Assembly: GCA_050633305.1 (NCBI GenBank)
Contig: JBOEGF010000010.1
Location: 544,001 to 608,000, forward strand
Source of the DNA: Nannocystales bacterium
GTDB taxonomy: Bacteria > Myxococcota_A > Polyangia > Nannocystales > Nannocystaceae
Reading direction: 5' to 3'
Length of the DNA: 64,000 nucleotides
Both the position numbers and the translations under genes were made by a program. The notes under the pieces were generated by a model. It searched no databases. It was not told where the DNA came from and was given only the letters and a program-made list of their open reading frames with translations. Shown here piece after piece: positions 47,655-56,981 of the stretch. Positions within the stretch are counted from its first letter, which is position 1. Each line of letters begins with the position of its first letter.

Positions 47655-48619
47655 AGCTCCTTGATGACGGGGACCAAGGTCTCCAAGAGGGTTTCGGATC
47701 GTAGCTTGGCCTCGAGTGTCCCCTGCATCCCATCGTAGACGCGATATTCGGTGCCGTCGGCCTCGAAGACGTCGGAGGGGAGCTCCGTTTCAACCACGAC
47801 CACCGGGCCATGCAGCTCCAACGCGCCTTCGCGGTCGCGACCGAGAAACCGCATCGCCTCGGCCGGGCCCACAACCTCGTCGGCTACAGAACGCACGAGG
47901 ACTTGTTGCCGGCTGTCGGAGAACCCCTCGAGTTCGAGATAGAACTGGGTGTCGGCGGCGCTGAGTAGAGGCCGGTAGTGCCCCGGGAACAAGGCCACGA
48001 TGACGGTGCTCGAGCTGTCTCGTTCGACCGAAACCACCGCATCGCCTGGGCCCACGGCTTGTCCGGGGTGGACTCTCACGTCCGAGACGACTCCGGGTTG
48101 CGGGGCGAGGATGGAACGCTCTTTGAGCCGAGCCTGTGCACGCTGAAGTTCGGCATCCAGCGCCGCCAAGCGCTCGCGGCGAACGTCCGCTTCGGGGAAA
48201 CGCAGGACCTCGACCAGACGCTGGTGGTGTTCGCGCCGAACTCGCTCAAGCTCCGCCCGTTGGGCCGCGTCATCGAGGCGAACGAGGACTTGTCCGGCCA
48301 CGACGCGCTGACCGTGTTCAACCTCGATGGTCTGTACAGTCCCGACGACCGCGGAGGTCGCGGCTTCGCGGCCGTCGCGTCGCAAGATGGCGACGCCCTG
48401 AGCGTACTCACCAACCCGGGCCGTCGCCGCGAACAGCATCGCCGCGAACGCGACCACCACCGTGACCACGACCGCCCACCGAGTCCATGTGGACACGATG
48501 TGCAGCGGTCGGCCCGGGCGAGCACCCATGCGGTGCGCCTTGAGGGCCTCCTCGCGGAACTGGATCCTGCGGGCCTGGGTCGGCCCGCTGGGTTGCTGCT
48601 GCTTGCTCGGCTCGCTCAC
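47651..48619 (-). CDS. HlyD-family secretion adaptor, copy 1
   Basis: FREEAL N-terminal motif typical of bacteriocin-associated HlyD; single TM; GQRVVAGQVL, ILAPQPGVV and GMQGTLE. Confidence 0.88.
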   Translation of the reverse strand: MSEPSKQQQPSGPTQARRIQFREEALKAHRMGARPGRPLHIVSTWTRWAVVVTVVVAFAAMLFAATARVGEYAQGVAILRRDGREAATSAVVGTVQTIEVEHGQRVVAGQVLVRLDDAAQRAELERVRREHHQRLVEVLRFPEADVRRERLAALDAELQRAQARLKERSILAPQPGVVSDVRVHPGQAVGPGDAVVSVERDSSSTVIVALFPGHYRPLLSAADTQFYLELEGFSDSRQQVLVRSVADEVVGPAEAMRFLGRDREGALELHGPVVVVETELPSDVFEADGTEYRVYDGMQGTLEAKLRSETLLETLVPVIKEL

Positions 48620-48646
48620 ACGGTCCCCTGCGTGGAATCTCCGCAG

Positions 48647-49588
48647 CTAGACTTTGCCCACGGCGTGGGAGGAGAGCGCATCGCACAAGGGACCGGTGAT
48701 GTCGACCCCGGCGCGGGCTTCGAATCCCAGGAACATGGGAGAGGGGTTCAACTCGAGGATCCGATAGCGGCCCTCGCGGTCGGCCTTGATGTCCATGCCC
48801 GTGAAGCGAAGGCCCAGGGTCGCCGTGGCGCGTCGGCACTGCGCCGCCACTTCGTCGCTGAGCTGGATCGCCTCGATCTTCTGCTCGTTTTGGCGGAAGT
48901 CGATCTCGTCGGTCACGATTCGCAGCGCGCAGATGACTTGGCCGTCGATGATGTACACGCGCACATCCTCGCCGGGGAGCAACTCCTGGAAGCACACCGG
49001 GGCGGACTCGAGCCGAGCGAGGCGTTCGTCGGTGAGGTGCTCGGGCTCGACCTTGCGCGTGGCCGCACCTCCGGTCACAGGCTTGTAGATCGCCTCGTGC
49101 TCGGCGCAGAAGCGCCGGACCGCAGCGGGGTCGTTGCTCCAAAGGGTAGCCGGAACGGGTAGCTCCGCCGCGTGCAGCAACGCCAGCTGGTACGGCTTCG
49201 TGATGTTGATGCTCGTCGAAGACGGGTTGTACAGAGCTGAACCTGCCAGCTCCCATCGGAGCAACATCGCGGCAAGCGGAGTGGAGCGCTCCCGGAAGGC
49301 AAGCATCGTGCGCCGCCAGTTCTCCTGCATCGCCTCGTCGGCTTCGACGCCGAAGCCGGCAGGGCTCTGATACAGACTGCGTACGTAGACAGCCGCGGGG
49401 CGGCCCAACGCTTGGCCGTCGAGCTCGACCGCCTCGTTGGCCTCGCCGAGCGATAGGGTCATTTCCTCGGGAAAACGCTGTGCATCGAGCACGAGCGGGT
49501 CAAGCCCGCGCTTTTGCAGTTCGTCGTGGACGGCACGCGCGTGCGCATCTTCGAGGGACCCGGCAATGACGATTGGGGGGGACGCCAC
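48647..49588 (-). CDS. psnB: ATP-grasp peptide macrocyclase (RimK-like graspetide synthetase, PsnB-type)
   Basis: KPYQL, VPATLWSND, IYKPVTGGA, FQELLPGEDVRV, DFRQ, GLRFTGMD and ILELNPSPMF; heads the export operon next to the TTxxxxEE precursor. GTG start inferred. Confidence 0.9.
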   Translation of the reverse strand: MASPPIVIAGSLEDAHARAVHDELQKRGLDPLVLDAQRFPEEMTLSLGEANEAVELDGQALGRPAAVYVRSLYQSPAGFGVEADEAMQENWRRTMLAFRERSTPLAAMLLRWELAGSALYNPSSTSINITKPYQLALLHAAELPVPATLWSNDPAAVRRFCAEHEAIYKPVTGGAATRKVEPEHLTDERLARLESAPVCFQELLPGEDVRVYIIDGQVICALRIVTDEIDFRQNEQKIEAIQLSDEVAAQCRRATATLGLRFTGMDIKADREGRYRILELNPSPMFLGFEARAGVDITGPLCDALSSHAVGKV

Positions 49589-49771
49589 GGCGGCACCGTA
49601 CCACCGGGAGCGAACGGCCCACGGGACTGCGACGAATCGGGATACCTGGCACACCCATCGCGAACCCGGGCCGAGTCACCCGGCGACAGAATGGGATGAC
49701 CCGAGGAAACGCAAAACGCGCCATCTCCCCACCACCCCATCCCGTCCCGCACGGCAGCCCCCGGATGCGCG

Positions 49772-51061
49772 CTACCCCTCGGGCGTGGTGCCGACCGAGA
49801 CGCTGCCGCCATCGGCGATCCACCGGAAGTTGTCCAGCAGCACGGTGGAGTCAAAGGCGGCATCGCCGGTGTCCCAGATCGCGAACCGGATGGTCAGTTC
49901 CTGCCCACCAGTCACCGGGGCGGTGGTGACCAGCCAGCTCGTTGCGCCTGCGTCATTCCACACGTCGAACCCAGTGCCCGCTAGCTCTGCTGTCCCCAGA
50001 GGGCATCCCGCGCAGACCTCGAAGAACGCGATGTTGACGCTCACCGGGTTGGTCATGCTGTCGAACGAAATGTTCCCATTGATGGCCCCCTCGGGAGCAG
50101 GTGTGACGTGGGCGATGTACTGGTCGTTGTACGAGTCGCAGACCCACTCGGGATATTCGAACGAGTAGAAGTTGAAGTTGTACGAGAACCCCGTCGCGTT
50201 TGTCGGGGTACGTAGGGTGACCTCGAGAGCGACATCGTCGTTGATGTCGGATTCTCCAGGGCACTGGGGCACGTCCTGCGGGAATCCCGGTGGTGGTGTG
50301 CCCGGGCCGAAGCCAAAGCAGGTCTGCGAACCGCAGGCATCGGGCTGGCCGGGAGTCCGAGCGTTCCCGGTCGAGAGAACCAACATCTGGCTTCCTTCTT
50401 GGGGGGCGACGTTGGGTCCGAAGTCGAACGACAAACCCGTTTGTGCGGACGCCCCTGCCACCGGGGTCCCATTGGCGCGAACGTACTGCGCATTGATGAT
50501 GCCCCAGTCCGTATCGTCCGCGGCGACCTTGCACAGTCCCATCGCACCCGCTCCCGAGAGGGGGTCTGCGTCGTTGAGCACGTATGCGCCGTCGCAGGCC
50601 GGAGGTATGTTGTCGACTCCGCCATCGCAGTCCTCATCGGCCGGGCTCGGGACCATGCCCATCTCATCGGGCTCGAGGTCGATGACTTCGATCGCACCCG
50701 GGTTGACGTTGGCATCGCAGTCGTTACAGTCGCCGTCGAGCACCGTGAAACCGTCGCCGTCGAGGTCTTCCATGGGCCCGGACTTGCAGCTGTCCTCGGT
50801 TCCGCCGCTGTCGTTCCCGGGCTCGAAGCCCACGTCCCACTTGATGTCGTCGGTCGGTTGCCCGCCGCCACTGGAGTCCGTCTGGCCGCCGTCCGTCGCG
50901 GTCGCCTCGTCGTCACTGGTCTCACTGGGGTCCTCCGCGTCGATGCCCCCAGTGGCGGTCAGACTGCTCGCGGAGTCAAATGGATCGTCGTCCTGTCGGG
51001 TGGAGTCGCAGCCCGGCAGTGCCAGCACGGTACAGAAAGCCGTCAGTATTCGGTGGTCCAT
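49772..51061 (-). CDS. Lipoprotein with MopE-like metal-binding motif and choice-of-anchor L-like domain
   Basis: LALPGC lipobox; DLDGDGF...DCND.DANVNPGA.E...DEDCDG; VLSTG, FYSFEYPEWV...YND and IRFAIWDTGD..FDSTVLLDNF. Confidence 0.8.
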   Translation of the reverse strand: MDHRILTAFCTVLALPGCDSTRQDDDPFDSASSLTATGGIDAEDPSETSDDEATATDGGQTDSSGGGQPTDDIKWDVGFEPGNDSGGTEDSCKSGPMEDLDGDGFTVLDGDCNDCDANVNPGAIEVIDLEPDEMGMVPSPADEDCDGGVDNIPPACDGAYVLNDADPLSGAGAMGLCKVAADDTDWGIINAQYVRANGTPVAGASAQTGLSFDFGPNVAPQEGSQMLVLSTGNARTPGQPDACGSQTCFGFGPGTPPPGFPQDVPQCPGESDINDDVALEVTLRTPTNATGFSYNFNFYSFEYPEWVCDSYNDQYIAHVTPAPEGAINGNISFDSMTNPVSVNIAFFEVCAGCPLGTAELAGTGFDVWNDAGATSWLVTTAPVTGGQELTIRFAIWDTGDAAFDSTVLLDNFRWIADGGSVSVGTTPEG

Positions 51062-51192
51062 CGCTCCAGTGTCCTCTCGGCCGCGGGTCGTCCGGCCAGC
51101 GGCCCCAGATTGTTGCACGCTTTGGGCCGAGCTCGCCCCGAGGCCGTCGATGAACTGCTGTAAACGCCGAAGGCCTGCCCTCGCGTGACGGA

Positions 51193-51696
51193 CTACCCAC
51201 ACTGGCCGAGCGCCGGCGCCTGGAAGGTGTCGGACGTCTGACCGCTCGGGAAACATGGTACCCAGCCCGTAGGAGGGATGCAGCGTCTTCCGGTCGCGTA
51301 GGCGGAACGAAGATCTTGGCTGCATAGGAACGACTCTTCCTTACAGACCGAGAACTGTCCGCATCCGAGGAAGGTCGGTTCGGCCGAGCAGTCGACGTCG
51401 GAGTCAGTGGTGCAGCGCGTGACGAGATGGCCGTAGACGGCCGAGCACCCCTCGGCTTCACACTGGTCCTCGGTTCGACCGCTGCAGGAGATCGGCTCGG
51501 GGACCCCGCCGACGGTGACCTCCTCGAACTCGCACGTGCTCGCGGGGAGGTCTGCGTGTGGGGCCACGTCTGCGCGCGCGGATACGTCCGTGGTTTCTGC
51601 AACGTCGTCTTGGAGTGCAGTCTCGTCCGATGCGCAGCCCGCAGCAGTGAGCAAGCGGACCAAGCTCAGCGTTGTGACAACCCGCGTCCACGCCAT
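51193..51696 (-). CDS. Small Cys-rich lipoprotein
   Basis: LTAAGC lipobox; more than ten Cys in the mature part. Confidence 0.65.
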   Translation of the reverse strand: MAWTRVVTTLSLVRLLTAAGCASDETALQDDVAETTDVSARADVAPHADLPASTCEFEEVTVGGVPEPISCSGRTEDQCEAEGCSAVYGHLVTRCTTDSDVDCSAEPTFLGCGQFSVCKEESFLCSQDLRSAYATGRRCIPPTGWVPCFPSGQTSDTFQAPALGQCG

Positions 51697-51760
51697 CCGC
51701 GGAGGGTAGCAGTCCCGAGCTTGCCAGCGGCAGGGGGCCGTGCCGGTGCGCGTGCGGGAG

Positions 51761-52654
51761 TCATGGAGGCGCCTCCAGACGAACTTGCCCGACGGCGCCG
51801 ATGCGGAGGCTCTCGCGCTGCTGTGCGCTTGGGGTGAGGGTGGCCTCTGCGATCACGAGACGGGTCCCAGGGTCGATCTCCGGTGCGATGGAGCGAACAG
51901 AACCGCGCAGCTCTACCGTAGTTGAACTCGCTGGCCGCTCGAAGAGAACGGTGACGGGCGCCGCGAGGCGCAGGGTGCCGACGCGTGCTTCGGGCACGGC
52001 AAAACGAACGCACCAATCGCTCGAGATCAGTTGAACGACGGGCTCCCCTGCGTCCAGAGTCGACCCTGCGTCGACGTAACGCTTGGCAATCCGGCCCGCA
52101 AACGGGGCGCGTAGCTCCGCCTCCTCGAGTCGGGCCGAGGCTTCGTTCATGTTGTTTCGGCGCTCGGACACGGAGGCTCCTGCGCTACGGATGCGCGCGC
52201 GTGCGAGCTTCTCCTCGAGTCGTTGGACACGAAGCTCGGCCCCGGGTACGAGACCTTCGAGCTGCTCGCTATCCTCGCGGATGGCTCGGGCCTGCTCGAG
52301 TTCGAGCGCGAAACGCTCGAACTCGGCGCTCGACGACCGCCACGCCGCTTTCGCCGAGACCATTTCGCTTTCGTCCTGGCGGACATCCATCTGGGCCACG
52401 ACATCGCCACGGGCAACGGCATCCCCGACCTGGACATCGATTTGTTGCAGACGGGCGAAGCGGCGGGCGACGAGGACGACGTCCGAAGCTGGGACGAGCA
52501 CGCCGAGCATGGCTGCATCGTGCGCGTCGGGGGCCTCCCGAAGCGTGGCCGTCGCGGGGGTGGTCGGTGCGGTGGTGTCCCGCTCTTTCGCGGGCGCGTC
52601 AGGGGTGCATGCGCAACTGACAAGCAGCACGATGGTCCAGCATCGTAGTCTCAT
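51761..52654 (-). CDS. Efflux periplasmic adaptor (MFP) lipoprotein, copy 2
   Basis: LVSCAC lipobox; MLGVLVP, VGDAVARGDVVAQMDVR, LRAPFAG and APEIDPGTR; paralog of 44557-45453; ATGA overlap with PCAT 2. Confidence 0.88.
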   Translation of the reverse strand: MRLRCWTIVLLVSCACTPDAPAKERDTTAPTTPATATLREAPDAHDAAMLGVLVPASDVVLVARRFARLQQIDVQVGDAVARGDVVAQMDVRQDESEMVSAKAAWRSSSAEFERFALELEQARAIREDSEQLEGLVPGAELRVQRLEEKLARARIRSAGASVSERRNNMNEASARLEEAELRAPFAGRIAKRYVDAGSTLDAGEPVVQLISSDWCVRFAVPEARVGTLRLAAPVTVLFERPASSTTVELRGSVRSIAPEIDPGTRLVIAEATLTPSAQQRESLRIGAVGQVRLEAPP

Positions 52655-54855
52655 TCGACGTTCCTCTCGTACAGCCGGCGATAGACGGACCCTGTGCGCA
52701 GGAGTTCGCGGTGTGTCCCCATTTCGACGACCTCTCCGCGTTCCATCACCAGGATTAGATCCGCGTTGAGGACAGTGCTCAGTCGGTGGGCGATGACGAC
52801 CCGGGTGCACTCGAGGGCGGCAAGCGAGCGCTCGATGGCGGCCTCGGTCACCGTGTCGAGGTTGCTTGTCGCCTCGTCGAGCAGCAGGGTCGCGGGTTTG
52901 CTGGCCAACGCTCGTGCGAGGGCGATTCGCTGACGTTGCCCACCGGACATCGAGGCGCCTCCGTCGGCCAGAATCGTTTCGTAGCCCATCGGGAGAGCGA
53001 CGATGTCGTCGTGGATCGCTGCGCGTTTGCAGGCGTCCGTGACCGCCTCCAGCGTCAATCCGGGCTGCCCCAGCGCGACGTTTTCCCTCACAGACATCGC
53101 GAAGAGATCCGTACGTTGCGTGACGACGCCGAGTTGTTCTCTGACGCTTCGAAGCTCGAGCCCCGCGAGGTCGATACCGTCGTACAGCACCCGACCTGCA
53201 GTCGGTGGGTATAGTCCGACCAGCAGCTTGGCCAGCGTGCTCTTTCCGGCGCCCGAGGCGCCGACGACCGCGACACACTGCCCGGGCTTGATCTCGACCG
53301 ACACCTCTCTCACCGCCATCGGCGTCGCCTCGCTGTACCGGTACGAGACATACTCGGCCTTGATGGCCCCGGTCAGTCTCGGCGCCCGAGTGACCTTCGC
53401 CGGGTCTTGCTCGGTCTCGGTCTGCATCACGTCCTCGATCCGCTCGAGGTACGAACCCAGCAACTGGAACTTGAAACTCACCCGGACCAGCGCACCCAGG
53501 GGGGTGAGGAACGCCGCGCCCAACGCAGAGACGCCCAGCATCACGCCGAGGGTCAAGCCCCCGTCGAATACCATTTTGGCGCCTGTGCCAAGGATGATCA
53601 GCGGGGCTGCCATGCCGAACGTGCTCAACAATGAGTTGACCACAGCATCCAGTCGTCCACGCCGCAGTGAGACGTTGAGACTATCGATGAAGAGGTTGGA
53701 CCACCGTGCAACCGCTCGAGATTCGGCGCCGATGCACTTGAGCGTCTCGATGCCCGTGAGCATCTCGACCTCGTAGCCCGACGTCTTTGCCTGGCAGGCC
53801 AGGCTCTCGCTCATCAGCTCGCGTTGGAGGCGGCGGGTTGCCCAGTACAGCGAGACCTGGACGGCCGCCAGGGCGACAACGACTGTCGCCATCGGTGGGC
53901 ATGCCCAGAACAGCAGGCCCAGATAGAGGGTGACGAGGGCCCCGTCGAGCACGGCCGACATTGCGCCTGATGTGAGGATCTCGCGGACGGTGGCATTGCT
54001 GCCCAATCGCAGCAGCAAGTCGCCGGCCGAGCGCCGTTGAAAGAATGAGAACGGGAGGTCGATCAGGTGGTCGAGAAAGCCCACCGTCATTCTTGCGTCG
54101 AGTAGGGCGCGGAGCTGCAGGAGCAGGTTGGCCCGAACGAGTGCGCTGACGAAGTTGAAAGCGACCATCAGGGTCAAGCCCACGGCCAGCACGGAAAGAA
54201 GGTCGGTGTCGCGCCGTGGAAGGATGCGGTCGACGAGCAAGGTCGTCATGAGCGGCAAAGCCAGCGCAAGGACCTGGAGGAGCAACGACATCATGACGGA
54301 GCGGCCCCACAGGTCGGGATAGGCCTTGAGGTGCGCGAAGTACCGTTGCAGGAGAGGGCGCCGGCGCACACCGGGCTCGAAGGTCTCTCCGGGCTCGAGC
54401 AACAGCGCCACCCCCGTGAACGCTCCGTCGAACTCCGCTCGGGAGACTCGGCGTTGGCCGTGGGCGGGATCGAGGATGGTCACGTCACCCCGCCGGCCGA
54501 CCCGTTCGAAGACGACGAAGTGGTTGAAGTCCCAGTGCAGGATTGTCCCGGCGGGGATCAGATCGAGCTCTTCGAGGCGTTCGAGCTGCACGCCTCGCCC
54601 GCGCAGGCCGTAGCGGCGAGCAGCTGCGAGGATCCCTTGCGCACTCACGCCGTTTTGGTCGGCTCCGGTTGAGTCGCGGACTTCGTCGAGCGGAGTCTCG
54701 CGTCCGTAGTAGCGTAGGACCATCGCGAGGCAGGCGGCGCCGCAGTCCGTGGCCGTCAGCTGCTGCACGCGCTCCAGCCGACGCTTGGATGAACGCCCGA
54801 GTCGGTTCAGGGCGGGAAAGCGGGACGCGAGCGCATGTTCGGGGGCGGAGTTCAT
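52651..54855 (-). CDS. Peptidase C39-containing ABC transporter (PCAT), copy 2
   Basis: QQLTATDCGAACL, HWDFNHFVV, DPAHG, GASGAGKST, MSGGQRQR and LLLDEATS. The ATG at 54855 gives the same length (734 aa) as copy 1. Confidence 0.96.
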   Translation of the reverse strand: MNSAPEHALASRFPALNRLGRSSKRRLERVQQLTATDCGAACLAMVLRYYGRETPLDEVRDSTGADQNGVSAQGILAAARRYGLRGRGVQLERLEELDLIPAGTILHWDFNHFVVFERVGRRGDVTILDPAHGQRRVSRAEFDGAFTGVALLLEPGETFEPGVRRRPLLQRYFAHLKAYPDLWGRSVMMSLLLQVLALALPLMTTLLVDRILPRRDTDLLSVLAVGLTLMVAFNFVSALVRANLLLQLRALLDARMTVGFLDHLIDLPFSFFQRRSAGDLLLRLGSNATVREILTSGAMSAVLDGALVTLYLGLLFWACPPMATVVVALAAVQVSLYWATRRLQRELMSESLACQAKTSGYEVEMLTGIETLKCIGAESRAVARWSNLFIDSLNVSLRRGRLDAVVNSLLSTFGMAAPLIILGTGAKMVFDGGLTLGVMLGVSALGAAFLTPLGALVRVSFKFQLLGSYLERIEDVMQTETEQDPAKVTRAPRLTGAIKAEYVSYRYSEATPMAVREVSVEIKPGQCVAVVGASGAGKSTLAKLLVGLYPPTAGRVLYDGIDLAGLELRSVREQLGVVTQRTDLFAMSVRENVALGQPGLTLEAVTDACKRAAIHDDIVALPMGYETILADGGASMSGGQRQRIALARALASKPATLLLDEATSNLDTVTEAAIERSLAALECTRVVIAHRLSTVLNADLILVMERGEVVEMGTHRELLRTGSVYRRLYERNVE

Positions 54856-55787
54856 CGATCCTCGAATCTGGGCAGGAGGGTCTCCAGGAGCGTCTCGGAG
54901 CGCAGCTTGGCTTCGAGTGTCCCTTGCATGCCGTCGTAGAGTTCGTAGTAGGTGTTGTCGGCGGCGAAGGTGCGGGTGAGCATCTCGGTCTCGACCACGA
55001 CGACCGGACCTCGCAGATCCATCGCCCCTTCGCGGTCGGGGCCGAGGTAGCGCATTGCCTCTGTGGGGCCCACGACCTCGTCCGCAATCGAGCGCACTCT
55101 GACCGCATGACGCTCCTCGGGGAAGCCCTCGAGTTCCAAGAATAGGGTGCTTTCGTCGGCGCTCAACAGGGGGCGGGTTCGCCCAGGGAAGAGCCCGATG
55201 ATCACCGTACGAGAATCGTCGTCGTCGAGAGACACGATGGCGTTGCCGGGGGCCACCGCTTGGCCCGGACGCACGCGGACGTCGGAGACACGCCCTGCCC
55301 GAGGCGCACGCACCGAGCGCTCGTTCAGCTTGGCGCGTGCAAGCTGGAGTCGAGTGTCGACCGCCGCGAGTCGCTCGTTTCGGGCACCGTCCGAGGGGTC
55401 GCGTAGCAACTCGACCAGGCGCTGCTGGTGCTCTCGGTCGACACGGCCCAGCTCGGCGACCTGCGTAGCGTTGTCCAACGTTGCCAAAACCTCGCCTTCG
55501 TGGACCCACTGCCCAGGTCGAACATCGATGCTCTGTATCGTCCCCGCGACGGCCGAGCTGACCACGCTACGTCCCTCGCGACGGACCACCGCGATGCCCT
55601 GAGCGTACTCACCCACCTGAGCGGTCGCGGCGAAACCAAGCCCCGCCAGGACCGCGAGCACCGACACCCGTGTCGCCCACCGGGCCCACGACGAGGCGAT
55701 GTTGAGTGGTCGCCCCGAACGCGCTCCCCGGCGGTGCGCCTCCAGGGCCGCGTTGCGGAATCGAGGGCCTCGGCCGTGGCTGCTCAC
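54852..55787 (-). CDS. HlyD-family secretion adaptor, copy 2
   Basis: FRNAAL, VGEYAQG, GLFPG, ELEGF, DEVVGP and DGMQGTLEAKLRSETLLETL are shared with copy 1. Confidence 0.88.
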   Translation of the reverse strand: MSSHGRGPRFRNAALEAHRRGARSGRPLNIASSWARWATRVSVLAVLAGLGFAATAQVGEYAQGIAVVRREGRSVVSSAVAGTIQSIDVRPGQWVHEGEVLATLDNATQVAELGRVDREHQQRLVELLRDPSDGARNERLAAVDTRLQLARAKLNERSVRAPRAGRVSDVRVRPGQAVAPGNAIVSLDDDDSRTVIIGLFPGRTRPLLSADESTLFLELEGFPEERHAVRVRSIADEVVGPTEAMRYLGPDREGAMDLRGPVVVVETEMLTRTFAADNTYYELYDGMQGTLEAKLRSETLLETLLPRFEDR

Positions 55788-55880
55788 GCGGACCTCTTGG
55801 TGTGGGACGAGCGGGGCATGCTTTCCTACTCCCTCCGCGGCGGACGACGGAGTTCTGACGAACCTGATCTGAGAAAGTTG

Positions 55881-56981
55881 CTACCAGACCAAGTCGGGCA
55901 TGAAATCCTCATGGACGAGTGTCAACACGCGGTGGGCCCCGCTACCGGGCCGTAGGTGCTTGGCAAGGTCGCAGGCGAGCTGGGGCAGGGCCGCTCGGAG
56001 GCTTTGGGCCCGTGTGCGGCAGTTGTCCTGCTCTTGGGTCGTGAGGGCGTCGGTACGGAGCAGTGCCTGGTGTAGCTGGATCACGCAGCGGTAGATCACC
56101 AGCGCCTGGAGCATCGTCACCAGGGGTCGCATCTGGCCGGAAATGGGGGAGCGCAGGCTCGGTCCCCACCGCGGTAGGCCACACGGCGGGCAGAGTTCCC
56201 ACCAGAGCCACATGCGCTGGTGCAGATACTCGTGCAACAGCCCCTCGCACAAGGCAGGCACTCCAACGGAGAAGGGATTGACGAAGACCGCTCCGGGCAG
56301 GCGTAGGCGCAGGTTGAAACTCCAGTGCGCTTGGGGCAGAGGCTGCCCTTGTTCGTGGGGAACGGGGGGCAGCAGTGCGGTTGTGGTGATGGTGCGCTCA
56401 AAGTCGGCGAACACCACCTGGTCGACTCGGGACAGCAGAGCCCGTGCTCGCTCGTATTGCCGCAGGGCGTGCGCCGAGCAACCCGGCTTGGCCGACATTG
56501 CGTACACCGGAGGAAACGGAAGGTCTGCGAACAGCCCGGGGATGGGGAAATACACAACGTGTCCCCCGGCGGACCTGCGATGGGCATCGAGGGCGATGAC
56601 CTCCCCGCCGCGGCGCTCGACCACACCGTGGCCCAGGTGGGGCAGGCGGTAGATTCCGCTCTCAATGCCCGGGCCACTGGGGGATACGCCTCCGCTCAGC
56701 ACGTCGAGTCGATGCAGCAGTTGAGTTGCCGTATCCAGGTCGGGGCACCGATCGCCCAGACAGACGAGGGGCGCATGGATTTCGGGGGAGTTCCCCAACG
56801 CCCGACTCAGGTCCCCAAGGCGTGCCTCGAGCGCGTCGAGCTGCGTGTCCAGGGCCCGCAGGGAGGCGTTCTTACGGCGACTGTTGCGAAGCAACCGCCG
56901 CGGCAGGCTCGAGCGGGCCTGTAGCTGCTGCTCGGCGTTGATCGGGGCCAGGACATCGATCAAGGATTGGACGCGGAACAC
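55881..56981 (-). CDS. HEXXH-motif RiPP-associated protein (putative alphaKG/Fe-dependent peptide beta-hydroxylase)
   Basis: PGAVFV...LCEGLLHEYLHQRM...SPISGQMRPLVTMLQAL resembles RiPP HEXXH domains; GGAGG 8 nt upstream of GTG 56981; overlaps the LanB stop. Confidence 0.72.
   Translation of the reverse strand: MFRVQSLIDVLAPINAEQQLQARSSLPRRLLRNSRRKNASLRALDTQLDALEARLGDLSRALGNSPEIHAPLVCLGDRCPDLDTATQLLHRLDVLSGGVSPSGPGIESGIYRLPHLGHGVVERRGGEVIALDAHRRSAGGHVVYFPIPGLFADLPFPPVYAMSAKPGCSAHALRQYERARALLSRVDQVVFADFERTITTTALLPPVPHEQGQPLPQAHWSFNLRLRLPGAVFVNPFSVGVPALCEGLLHEYLHQRMWLWWELCPPCGLPRWGPSLRSPISGQMRPLVTMLQALVIYRCVIQLHQALLRTDALTTQEQDNCRTRAQSLRAALPQLACDLAKHLRPGSGAHRVLTLVHEDFMPDLVW

Noticed and set aside
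49647..49661. Sigma54-like TGGCACACCCATCGC with correct spacing near the ATP-grasp gene
   Set aside because: It lies on the plus strand, pointing away from the minus-strand ATP-grasp operon, and the -12 element is weak.
54856..55509. 218-aa N-terminal extension of PCAT copy 2 (and the long extensions of MFP, LanB, LanC and HExxH in the ORF track)
   Set aside because: They overlap the upstream genes in another frame and are Arg/Pro-rich noise. Internal starts give ATGA couplings and paralog-matched lengths.
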